A stretch of DNA of 64,000 nucleotides from Octopus sinensis (taxonomy: Eukaryota): assembly GCF_006345805.1 (NCBI RefSeq), contig NC_043022.1, positions 14,570,001-14,634,000 on the forward strand, given 5' to 3'. The notes below the pieces were generated by a model. That model was not told the origin of the DNA. It ran no database searches and saw nothing but the letters and a program-made list of their open reading frames with translations. Both the position numbers and the translations under genes were made by a program. How positions within the stretch are numbered: position 1 is the stretch's first letter; each line of letters opens with the position of its first letter. Shown here in pieces: positions 38,026 through 50,108 of this stretch.

Positions 38026-38968
38026 TGTTTTGGGGAACCCCAAAGTTTTTCATGGAACCCTTGGTATTCCTTGGAATTAACCAGCTCTTGGGAAACACCG
38101 ATGTCTTCCTCGTCTCTTAATCTCCATCTAATATTTTAAACTCGGAGCTAAATGTCAGTGAGAACTAATTGTGGTTTGAGTGAGAACAGTTGATTACATT
38201 GCAAAGATTAATGAAGTATGACTACAAGTGTTAATGAAGCATGGATGGAAGTTACATAACGAGTCTTCTGATTATCTAATTATTTCAATTAACGAGCTGA
38301 GAGACAATGAATAATAAATAAATAAATAAATAGAAATTTCTCAAAAATAAAAAATTTTTTTGTTACAATTTTTTTTTTATGGAAACTAAATTTTTTGATT
38401 TTTGTTGAATCATCGTCCCCTTCCCCCTGCCCGCCCGCCCATCCATCCACCCACCACCCATGTCACTACCCTCTAAATTTAATTTTTAGGGTCCCTGTTC
38501 CATTGTTCTTTTTGTATATGGCTTTGTTTTGATCATTGGACTGTGGCCATACTGGAGCCCCACCTTGAAGAGTTCATCAGTCGAGCAAATCGACCCCCAC
38601 CCCACCCCAGTACTTGTTTTTTTAACAGTCAGGTGTTTATTCTATCAGTTGCTTTTGTCGAACTGCTAAGTTTATGGGGGACATTAACAAACCAACACTA
38701 GCTGCCAAGAAGTGAAGCGATACACACACACACACTGTATTATGGGCTTCTCTACAGTTTCCATTGACCAAATTCACTCAAGGCATTGATTGACCCAGGC
38801 TGCAGTATGTTTAAGGTACCATACAGTGGGACTGAACCCAAAACCAAATAGCTGCAAAATAAACTTCTTAACTATATTTTTGTGCCGATACATTCTTATT
38901 GTGCCTATAGTTAATGTGCCTATTGTTGAAACCTTAATTTCAAATTTCCTTTTTTCTTTTCTTTCCAG

Positions 38969-39067
38969 TCTTTTAAACCAAGGACTGTTCCTTTGTGCCT
39001 GATTACGGAAATCCGTGAAACGACAGCTTTGGAAATGCCTGACCGAGAAAATACTTTTGTTATCAAG
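38969..39067 (+). CDS. SH2B1: SH2B exon, PH domain ([33 protein letters not shown]), phase 0-0
   Basis: Pyrimidine tract + ttccAG acceptor, AAG|GTAAGG donor, 99 nt open frame containing the SH2B motif [13 protein letters not shown]. Confidence 0.93.
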
Positions 39068-39921
39068 GTAAGGAACTTCTGCAATCAAAAAAAAAAAAGG
39101 GGGGGGGCACCTTCTCCAGTCATGTTGACCCCTAAGGGCCTGTTTCCTGGTTTCCATGGCATATAAATTCCCCACCTGGGCGGGAGGCCGGTCTGTCGCA
39201 GGGATGCTCACTTTTGCCAGCTGAGTGGACTGGGGCCATGCGAAATGAAGTGTTTTGCTCAAGCACACAACACGTCACCTGGTCCAGGAATCGAAACCAC
39301 AATCTTACGATCATGAGTCCAACACCCTTAACCACTAAGCCATGCACCCCCACTACTTCTGCAATTGGTATGAGGGGGTGTCGGGGAGAGGTTGCGGGCG
39401 TGGGAGTTTTATTTGGTATTGAAACCAAGCATTGTATGTGTGTTCCCTTCTCACCAAATTATTTTATGAAAACTTCTGCCATAAGTGCGCTCCGCCCCCC
39501 ACATGCACAGCTGTCACCGTTATATAATGGGGGCAGATGAAATAATTGAGGGTGAGCAGTGGATGGGGCATTCAAAGAGAAGCAACACATACATACATAG
39601 ATATACATATCATCATCATCATCATCATCTACGTTTAGTGTCCGCTTTCCATGCTAACATGGGTTGGACGGAGGCATACACCTATATATATATATATATA
39701 TATATATATTTCTTTACTAGCCACAAGGGGCTAAACACATTGGGGACATGCAAGGACAGACAAACGGATTAAGTCGATTACATCGACCCCCAGTGCGTAA
39801 CTGGTACTTAATTTATCGACCCTGAAAGGATGAAGGACAAAGTCGACCTCGGCGGAATTTGAACCCAGAACGTTACGGCTACGTATTTCGCCCGGCGTGC
39901 TAACGATTCTGCCAGCTCGCC

Positions 39922-39956
<35 letters not shown>

Positions 39957-41691
39957 TACATACACATACATGCACATGCACACGCAAACACATACACATG
40001 CACAAATAAAATAGCTCCCTTATGTAATAGGGGTTCCTTGTTTTGACGTCACTACAGCCGGGTGCCTTTCCTGTCACCAAGCCTCTCCTGTCACCAAGCA
40101 ACATAATATTCTGTTCCCCATGGCCCAGACATGTTTGCTTGGAATATTGGCAATGAATGACATTCTTTTACAATATGAAGAAAAGGGGACACAGACATAC
40201 CCTGCCACGTTTGCCCTCCCTCTCTCAAACACACACACACATACACACGTCCTTTATGCTTTGCTTCAGCCACGAGACTGCGGCCACGCTGGGGCACCAC
40301 CTTGAATTTTAGTTGACCAAATCACCACCAGTGGGTTTTTTTTTTTGTTTTTAAGCATGGTATATAATCCCGTTTGCTGATCTGCTAAGTTACGGGACAT
40401 AAACAAACCCACAGGATAAACACCAACATACACACAAACTGTTATGTAAATGGTGGGCTTCTTTCAGTTTCCATTTGTTAAAACCACTCACAAGGTTTTG
40501 GTCAACCCAAGGTTATCATAGAAGAAATTTGCCCAAGGTGTCACACAGTGGGACTGAACCCAGACCCATGTAGTCTGAAAGCAAGCTTCTTACCACACAG
40601 CCATGATGTGTACTCACACATGGTAGGCTTCTTTCAGTTTCCATTTGTTAAATCCACTCACAAGGTTTTGGTCGACCCAAGGCTATCATAGAAGAAATTT
40701 GCCCAAGGTGCTAAACAGTGGGACTGAACCCGGACCTAGGTTGTTTGGAAGCAAGTTTCTTACCACACAGCTATGATACGTACCCACACATGGTGGGCTT
40801 CTTTCAGTTTCCATTTGTCAAATCCACTGACAAGGCTTTTTGCTGGTCCATGGTCATAGTAAAAGACATTTGGCCCAAGGACCAAGACGTGGGACTGAAC
40901 CTTGGACCATGTGGTTGGAAATCCAACTTGTTAACCACACAGCCACCACAACCCCCAGTATGTTACTGTTTAATTTTTGATTTTTGTTTGTTTTTTTTTT
41001 TCCAGGGAGAAGGGACAATGGAATATGTAGTGGAGGCGGCCGATTGGGAAAGTATGGTATCTTGGCTGAATGCAATCCGAAGCTGCATACAGATGGATCC
41101 CAGTGGGATGGATGCTACGCTTGTCATGTATGTATACGCGCATATACACCCGCTTGCATTCAGTTCTGTTGAATAGGTGTATATATATGTGCGTGTGTGT
41201 ATATATATATGCATGTATGTATAGTTGTATCTATGTATAATTGTATTTTTGTAGTGTGTCTGGGTATGGATGTATGTATGTTGATCAGGTGGATATGTGT
41301 GTATATACACGTGTGATTGTATGTTTTTATATATATATATATATATATGCATGTATGTATAATTGTATTTTTGTGATATGTATTAGTGTTTTTGTGTGCA
41401 TGTTTGTGTGTTTGTGTGTAGGTATAGATGTATGTATATTGAACAGGTAGATATGCGTGTATATACACGTATGTGTGATTGTATGTTTATATATATATTT
41501 GTGTGTTTATATATGTGTGTAGGTATATCATCATCATCATCATCGTTTAACGTCCGTTCTCCATGCTAGCGTGGGTTGGACAATATATATATATATATAT
41601 CTAGATGTGTTTGTGTGTGGGTATATATATGTGTATTTTGAGCAGGTGGATATGTATGTATATACATGTATGTGTGATTGTATGTTATATA

Positions 41692-41729
<38 letters not shown>

Positions 41730-44700
41730 GTGTGTTTATATATGTGTGTAGGTATACATGTCCCATGATGTCCTAGATGAACCAACTTCACCGCAGGAGG
41801 TGCAGATGAGGGCAGCTGCATCGAACTCTCTCATGCACCAAATGGCAATTGCTAAAAAGCATTCGTGAAGTAAAATCATGTAGCAACACCAAATGGCGGT
41901 GCCCCAGCATGGCCACAGCTCGTGAGCTGAAACTAGATAAAATAAAATAAAAATATGTATGTAGATGTGTGTCTATGTATGTGTATGGGTATAGATATAT
42001 GTATTTTGAGCAGGTGGATATGTGTGTATGTACACGTATGTGTGATTGTATGTTTATATATGTATATAGAAGTGTGTGTGCATGTGTATGTATATTTGTA
42101 GGTGTTAATGTGTGTGTAGAAATGTTTAACTGTTTTCCAAAATAAGCAAACACTTCACTTCTACATACACATTAGCACCTACAAATACACACACTTCTAC
42201 ATACACACATACATACATACCTACATGCATGCATACTTACATGCGGTATGGCCGTGTGGTTAAGAAGCAAGCTCTGCAACCACGTGGCTTTGGGGGTTCA
42301 GTCCCACTGTACAGCACCATATGTAAGTGTCTTCTAATACACCCCCAGGACAACTGATGCTTTGTGAATGAATTTGTTAGAGGGAAACTGTGTGGAAGCC
42401 TGCTGTGTTAGTGTGTGTTTTTGTGTTGTTTCTCCCCAACAACCTCTTGACAACCTGTGTTGGTTTGTTTGTTTCCCTGTAACTTAGCAGTTCTGCAGAA
42501 AAGAGTTGAAAAAAGATAAATCCTACTCTTTACTCTTTTACTTGTTTCCGTCATTTGACTGTGGCCATGCTGGAGCACTGCCTTTAGTCAAGCAAATCGT
42601 CCCCAGGACTTATTCTTTGTAAGCCTAGTACTTATTCTATCGGTCTCTTTTGCCGAACCACTAAGTTACGAGGATGTAAACACACCAGCATCAATTGTCA
42701 AGCGATGTTGGGGGGTGGGGGGACAGACACACACACATATATATATATACACGACGGTCTTCTTTCAGTTTCCGTCTACTAAATCCACTCACAAGGCTTT
42801 GGTCAGCCCGAGGCTATAGTAGAAGACGCTTGTCCAAGGTGGCACGCTGTGGGACTGAACCTGGAACCATGTGGTTGGTAAGCAAGCTACTTACCACACA
42901 GCCACTCCTACGCCTACTTAATAAAAGGAAGATTTTTATCATAAGAACCAAGGGGTCCCTGATGAGTTTATACCTAAAGGGTTACTGTCAACCTTACCAG
43001 TTTCCTTGGTCCCCAATGGGTTTCTTCTTTTAGCTATTTTCAAAGAAAACTTGACTTATTTGATTTAAGATTAATTCTTTGTTTACTTATTTATCTTTTT
43101 TTTTTTTGTATTTTTGTTATAGGAGGCCAAGGCTACCTACAGCTCCCTCTAGTGGCAGTGGGCGTGACCGAAGAGGTAATGTTACTCTGGCTGTTTTCAC
43201 TTATTTGCTTGCTATGGGGTCAGGAGAATGATTGAGAAGCTGTAAATACACTAAGTAATGATGGGGAGAGTAATCATTATAATGGTAAGGATAACGATGG
43301 TAATAGTAAGGACAGTAATGATGGAGAAAGTAAGGATAATAATGGTGAAGAGGGTAATGATAATAGTAAGGATATTGAGGGTAATGATGGTGGAAAGAGC
43401 AGTAGAATAAGGACTTAGTTAGTTAGTTAGTTAATTTGGCTCAAAAGCAAAAAGCAAGGCCATGTAGGGGGACATGTGGTGTTCATGTAAAGAGTTCAGG
43501 CCACTTGAGGTCAAGGGAGGCTTTGAACAAAGCGGTCGTCGGCATCTTCACCATCTCGTCTGGCAGCTTATTCCACGGATCCGCAACCCGGACGGAGAAA
43601 GCTCCTCTCCTTCGATTGAGATGAAATCGTTGCAGGTAGAGCTTTTCGGAATGACCCCGCAGCCGACGCTCTTAAACCTTTAGTGTTTAAACCGGCTGTA
43701 TCCGGCCCAAATATTCTACACATTTTATGCTCAAACTGGCCAGAACCAGCATCTCACACCTACCCTGCAATGTCACTCTAAAAATAAGCAATTACATCTT
43801 TCCTGTCTTGAAGCTACAAAATAATATCAGATAATTTTTTTTTAAATGTGAATAAATAAGGATTATTTTTGCCAAATTAATATGAATGCTAAAGGGTTAA
43901 GGCTCAGTAAATTTCACCTTTGTTGTGGTTTTCAGTTAAGGTCCTCCATATGGCCCTTAGGGGTTCAAATAAGATTTTGTTGTTAAAATTTGTCTGCAAG
44001 AAATTGGTTATATTTCTACAGTACACAAAATATTTAAAAAAATTATTTTTATAGAATTCCTATTATTTAATTATAAAAACGTAATGGCAATTTTTTAAAC
44101 ACAGAATAACTATGAGGGTCCATCTGAGTGTAATATAGGAATCCAAGGGATTGAGAATCACTGAACCCCAATTTAGGGAGAGCCTTCAATGTTACAACAT
44201 CTTGTTGCTTTCTTCTATAAATTTCTTGTGAACTTTGTAAAAATACTCAAAACATGTAAAGTGACTTGAAAGCTTTGTATCTGAGTATTACTGAACTGAG
44301 ATGCCAAAAAAAGAAAATGTCATCCTTTTTTACTCTTTTAGGGTTCAGATTATTCTATCAAACGTAAAGCTTATTCACATTTTGAATTGATCCGGCATTA
44401 TCTCATGGCTCTGAGAATTTGATGATACGATTGCTTATTTTTAGAGTGACATTGTAGGGTAGGTGTGAAAGTCCAGATCTGTCCTGTTTGTACATAAAAC
44501 ATGTAGAACATTAAGGCTGGATATGACTGGGTTAAAGACATGTTTCTGACATAACCATGAAGCTTAAAATTTCCAAGGCAGATATATTAGAACTTCTGAT
44601 ATCCATGTCTTTCCTACATGGCATTAGCAAGATTTAGTGATGTGACATGTTGTCAAATGGCAAAATAAACCAAAGTTGAAACCTGGATTCTTATTAAGCA

Positions 44701-46208
44701 TCCGGAACCCTTTGACATTCAGATTACTCTGTCAAACATTGATTAATTTTAGGGGCTGTTTGAGAATCCAGATCTGGCCAGTTTGAACATAAAACAAGTA
44801 GAATATCTGTGCCTGATTTTGGCCTGCTTAAATGCTAAAGGGTTAGAGATAGTGTTTGAGCAGTAGTTCATTTAGAGATGTAAATTGAGTCATCCTTTCT
44901 GAGTTTGACCCATGGAAACAATTTACATTATTTACATTTGACAGATATTTGTTTGTTGTTAACACAATGTTTCAGCTGATATACTCTCCAGCCGTCATCA
45001 AGTGTCTTGGGGAAATTTCGAACTTGGGTTCTCATTCCTAAGGTATTTTTCAATGTTATAATTATTATCCAGGTCACTGCTTAGAATCGAACTTGGAATT
45101 TCAGGGTTAGTAGCCCACACTCTTAGCCACTACGCCATATGTGAGTTTTTACAAAGATTTCGAGTTGGATTCCAGGCAGTAACCTGATTAATTTAGTTAG
45201 TTAGTTAGTTAATTTTTGGCTCAAAAGCAAATAGCAAGGCCATGTAGGGGGACATGGAGTTAAGTACAGGGTGGTGTTCATGTAAAGAGTTCAGGCCACT
45301 TGAGGTCAAGGGAGACTTTGAACAAAGCGGTCGTCGGCATCTTCACCATCTCGTCTGGCAGCATGGTAATAACATTGAAAAATACCTTAGGAATGAGAAC
45401 CCAGGTTTGAAATTTCCCCAAGACACCTGATGACGGCTGGAGGGTATATCAGCCGAAACGTTGTGTTAACAACAAACATGATGAGGACAAATATCCGTCA
45501 AATGTAAATAATTCCTCATCTCTTAAAAAACAGGAAGCAATTTAGTAATAGAATAAATATTGTATTTTAGGAGTGATTTGGTATTCAGAACAGAAACTAA
45601 ACAAGGAGAGGGATGTTGGGTGTATTTATGGGAATAAATGGGGTTGGTTTGAAATTTGTTGTATAAAACCATTTTGTTTGTATCTAATGGCTTTTGTTTT
45701 GGTTCTTAGTGTGTGTACTAATGTTTGTTGTTGTTGTTTTCTGTTTAGTTTGTGTGTTTATTTAAACGTGCATCCTCATCATTTGTGCATGGGTTGGATG
45801 CAGTTTATTGAGGCAGGCTTTCTACACCTAGATGCCCCTCCTCTCGTCTGTCCTTTCCCTTTTCCCAATTAAAATAATATCTCCCACCTTGCCCAGGTAT
45901 GTTATTACAGACTGTTAGAAATGAATAACATTCATTTACAAAAGTCCCATAATGCCAAGACAAGGACACACACACACGATGAGCCTCTATCTCTCTTTTA
46001 CTCATTTCAGTCATTTGACTGCGGCCATGCTGGAGCACTGCCTTCAGTCGAGCAAATCGACCCCGCGACTTATTCTTTGTAAGCCCAGTACTTATTCTAT
46101 CAGTCTCTTTTGCTGAACCGCTAAGTGACGGGGACGTAAACACACCAGCATCGGTTGTCAAGCAATGCTAGGGGGACAAACACAGACACAAACATATACA
46201 CACACACT

Positions 46209-46244
<36 letters not shown>

Positions 46245-47640
46245 CACATATATACGACAGGTTTCTTTCAGTTTCCATCTACCAAATTCACTCACAAGGC
46301 ATTGGTCGGCCCGGGGCTATAACAGAAGACACTTGCCCAAGGTGCCACGCAGTGGGACTGAACCCGGAACCATGTGGTTGGTTTGCAAGCTACTTACCAC
46401 ACAGCCACTCCTGCACCTATCGGTCACTTTCCATATATCAAATCCATTGACGAGGCTTTGGTTGACTGGGCCTATACTAGATGCTTATTCGAGGTGCCAT
46501 GCAGTGGGATTGAACCTGAAACCATGTGGTTGGGAAGCAAAATTGTTTAGTACACGGCCATGCTTTATGTGTGTATGTGTGCGTGCGCATATAGGCATTG
46601 CTGTGTGGTTCCGTTCACTTCCCAACCAAGAGATTTCAGGTTCAGTCCCTCTGTGTAGCATGTTAGGCAAATCTTTTCTCCTACAGCCCTGAGTTGACCA
46701 AATCCTTGTGAGTGGAGTTGGTAGGAGGAAACTGAAGTGAAGCCCATATGTATGTGTATACATGCATGTGGGAGTGCATGTGTGTTTATTTTAATTTGTC
46801 TTCTCTTAGGGCAGTGGTGCACTTGGCACTTCTTCTTTCAACATTATAGAGACCCCTTATTCGAAAAGCAGACAAGGGTTATTGACAGGAAGAGCATCCA
46901 ATCCGGCTGTAAAACAAAGCCTCATTTAATATATTCATCTAACCCATGCTGGCACTGGAAAATGGACGTAGAAAGGAACGAATGAATATGTATTTTGTTT
47001 CTGTATGTAAGGGATGGTTGTGTATGCTTTGAAAAGGACGATGAGAGAGTAGACATCCCTAAAAATAATTATGCTATTGCATATTGAGGGCTTTTGAGAT
47101 CCTTACTCTGAGATTTTTAATCTTGGGTGATTGAACTATTGTGTGTGTGTGTGTGTTTATGTTATTATAATAATAAAAAAAAAACAATTTTACATTAATC
47201 TAAAGGGTCTCTCTATACTTTTATTGAGTACAAATTTATCATTCTTATTCTTAAACAAGCATATCGTTGACAGTGACTTCGCAGTTTTGGCAGTCCAACG
47301 ATTGCTTAACTGGCCAAAACTTCAAAGTCCCTGTCGATAATATTCTTGTATAAAAATAAATAAATTAATACACATGTGTACATCCATGTGTGTGTGTGAG
47401 TTAGTTAGTTAAGTTTTTGGCTCAGAAATCAAAAAGCAAGGCCATGTAGGGGGACATGGAGTTATGTACAGGGTGGTGTTCATGCAAAGAGTTCAGGCCA
47501 TTTGTGGTCAAGGGAGACTTTGAACCGAGCGGTCGTCGGCATCTTCACTATCTCGTCCGGCAGCTTATTCCACGGATCCGCAACACCGATGGAGAAAGCC
47601 CCTCTCCTTCGATCGAGATGAAATCGTCACAGATAGAGCT

Positions 47641-47694
<54 letters not shown>

Positions 47695-50069
47695 TGCGTG
47701 TGTATGTTTGAGTATGCATGTATATGTGAACATACGTGTGTGTGTGTACTTATTATATTCTTTAATGCATTTGTATTCCTCCATATTTCCTGAACGCGAT
47801 CACCCCCCCCCCCTCAATTTAATATTTTAACCTTTATTTTGCTTGAGTTTGGATATTTTTGCATTTTGTTGTAACCATTTCAGTACTACAACCCCAACTA
47901 CTACTACCACCAATACAGTTGCCTCCACCACAAATGTCTGTCTGTCTGTCCCCCACCCCCCAAGGTCTCCATGGCAACAAGCTAGGACAAAAGTGCCATT
48001 ACTACTATTTCTGCTACCACCCCCAAGATTTGTACTGTTACCATCACTACCACTACTATCACCTGTGTTGTCACCAACAGCACCACCTATACTACAACTT
48101 GTACTGATCAGATGATGGTTCAGGGTTACTTCAAAGTGCCAACGTTTCTGCCATGAAGTGACAAACGCACTTTGAGTGTAGTCCAACTCTTAACTCCGCT
48201 CTCCATTCTTGTTTTTCTTTTAGATGAATCATTTAACTAGTATCCATCGCTAGAGCAGTCATTTCTCTCTCATTATTTGTTTTATTAATCACATGGCCAT
48301 TATATTTGTATACATATATAGGCGCAGGAGTGGCTGTGTGGTAAGTAGCTTGCTAACCAACCACATGACTCCGGGTTCAGTCCCACTGTGTGGCATCTGG
48401 GGCAAGTGTCTTCTGCTATAACCTCGGGCCGACCAAAGCCTTGTGAGTGGATTTGGTAGACGGAAACTGAAAGAAGCCCGTCGTATATATGTATATATAT
48501 AAATATATGTGTGTGTGTATGTTTGTGTGTCTGTGTTTGTCCCCCTAGCATTGCTTGACAACCAATGCTGGTGTGTTTATGTCCCCGTCACTTAGCGGTT
48601 CGGTAAAAGAGACCGATAGAATAAGTACTGGGCTTACAAAGAATAAGTCCCAGGGTCGATTTGCTCGACTAAAGGTGGTGCTCCAGCATGGCCGCAGTCA
48701 AAATGACTGAAACAAAGTAAAAGAGTATATTAACCCATTAGCAACCATGGTCCTTTTTTTTTTTTTTAAGGACCAGAAGGATAATCCATCATATTTCTGC
48801 AGCACCTGTATTTTTCTGAGATATCTTTAAGTTAGGCAACAAGACTGGAGTAATATCGCAATTAAAATTTTTTTTTTTAAATAAAAAAATTTGGGCACTA
48901 ATGGGTTAAAGACTGGGTGAATAATTAATTCCTTTGTCTGAAGATGGCGTTGGGGGAGGAGGGATAGGATACGAGTTGTCTCCCCTACATAGAACTCGGC
49001 GAGTTGAATTTATGGGCGGGGGGAAGGAGACCAACGAATCGTGGCCACCACCAAGGAACCTTTGTACAAGATGGTCAGATGAGATGTGCACAACATCTTC
49101 CATTGACAGTAGTTTCCTTTCTGCTCCTCCCCCACACCTTTTTGCGAAACCGACCCCTGTGTTCCTCCTAAACTTGTTACAGTTTCTGTTCACAGGGGGG
49201 TCCCAGGCCAAATCAGACCCCCACCCACTAACTTGATAATTATTCTCTCAATCCAGCACAAGTTTACTCCCCTCCCCCACTTCTTACAACAGAAATGGGA
49301 TACAAACAATTACACACTCATGATCGAAGATATTCCGACCGTGACCCTCACTTCTGTTCCTTGTTGAAAATATTCCTTATCAACCTGTCTTTCGAAATGT
49401 CAAGGAATGCTTTGAGGGAGATTTGACTTTTTTCTAACAGATGTGTGATGGCACATGGCTCAGTGGTTAGAGCGTCAGGCTCTCAATCATGAGGTAGTGG
49501 TTTCAATTCCCGGACAGGGCTGTACATAGTACTCAATTAAAGGCAGTGCTCCAGCATGGCCGCAGTCAAATGACTGAAAAGAGTATATACATATGGCGCG
49601 TTTCCGTTCACCAAATTTACTGATCGCAATCCATTGGCTCATTAAAAGAGATCGATAGAATAAATACTGGGATAGATTTCTTCGTGGAAGCCCCTCTTAA
49701 GGCAGTGCTCCAGCATGGCTGTATTTCAATGTCAGAGACCGAAACAAAGTATAAAAGATTATTTCAAATCGGTCGACAGTCCCCGCCCGATCCTCCCTCC
49801 CCACCTCTCTCTCTCTGCAGTAACGAGTGCAAGGGAAGTAACTCCAATAGTTCTAGAGACTCTGAAAATTAGACGAAGAACAATTTTCGAAATAAAAAGT
49901 AAATCTAATTCGACTGGGAATGTTTACTTCTGTATTGTTTTCCCACCGGAACCCATTGTTGTTTAAAGTAGGAGGTGGTGGTGTGCGGGGTCGAGATTTC
50001 AACGTAGAAATCTTTTAATGTTGTTGGGGATTACATAATTGAGCTTTTAGTCCAACTCTTGGCAATACG

Positions 50070-50108
<39 letters not shown>

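Noticed and set aside
47827-48190. Thr/Pro-rich ORFs as a possible linker exon
   Set aside because: They are low-complexity ACT/ACC repeats with no convincing phase-compatible donor.
1610-48948. AAGATGGC (YY1-like) at 1610, 21504, 24192 and 48941
   Set aside because: A few hits of an 8-mer in 64 kb is near chance expectation, and there is no independent support.
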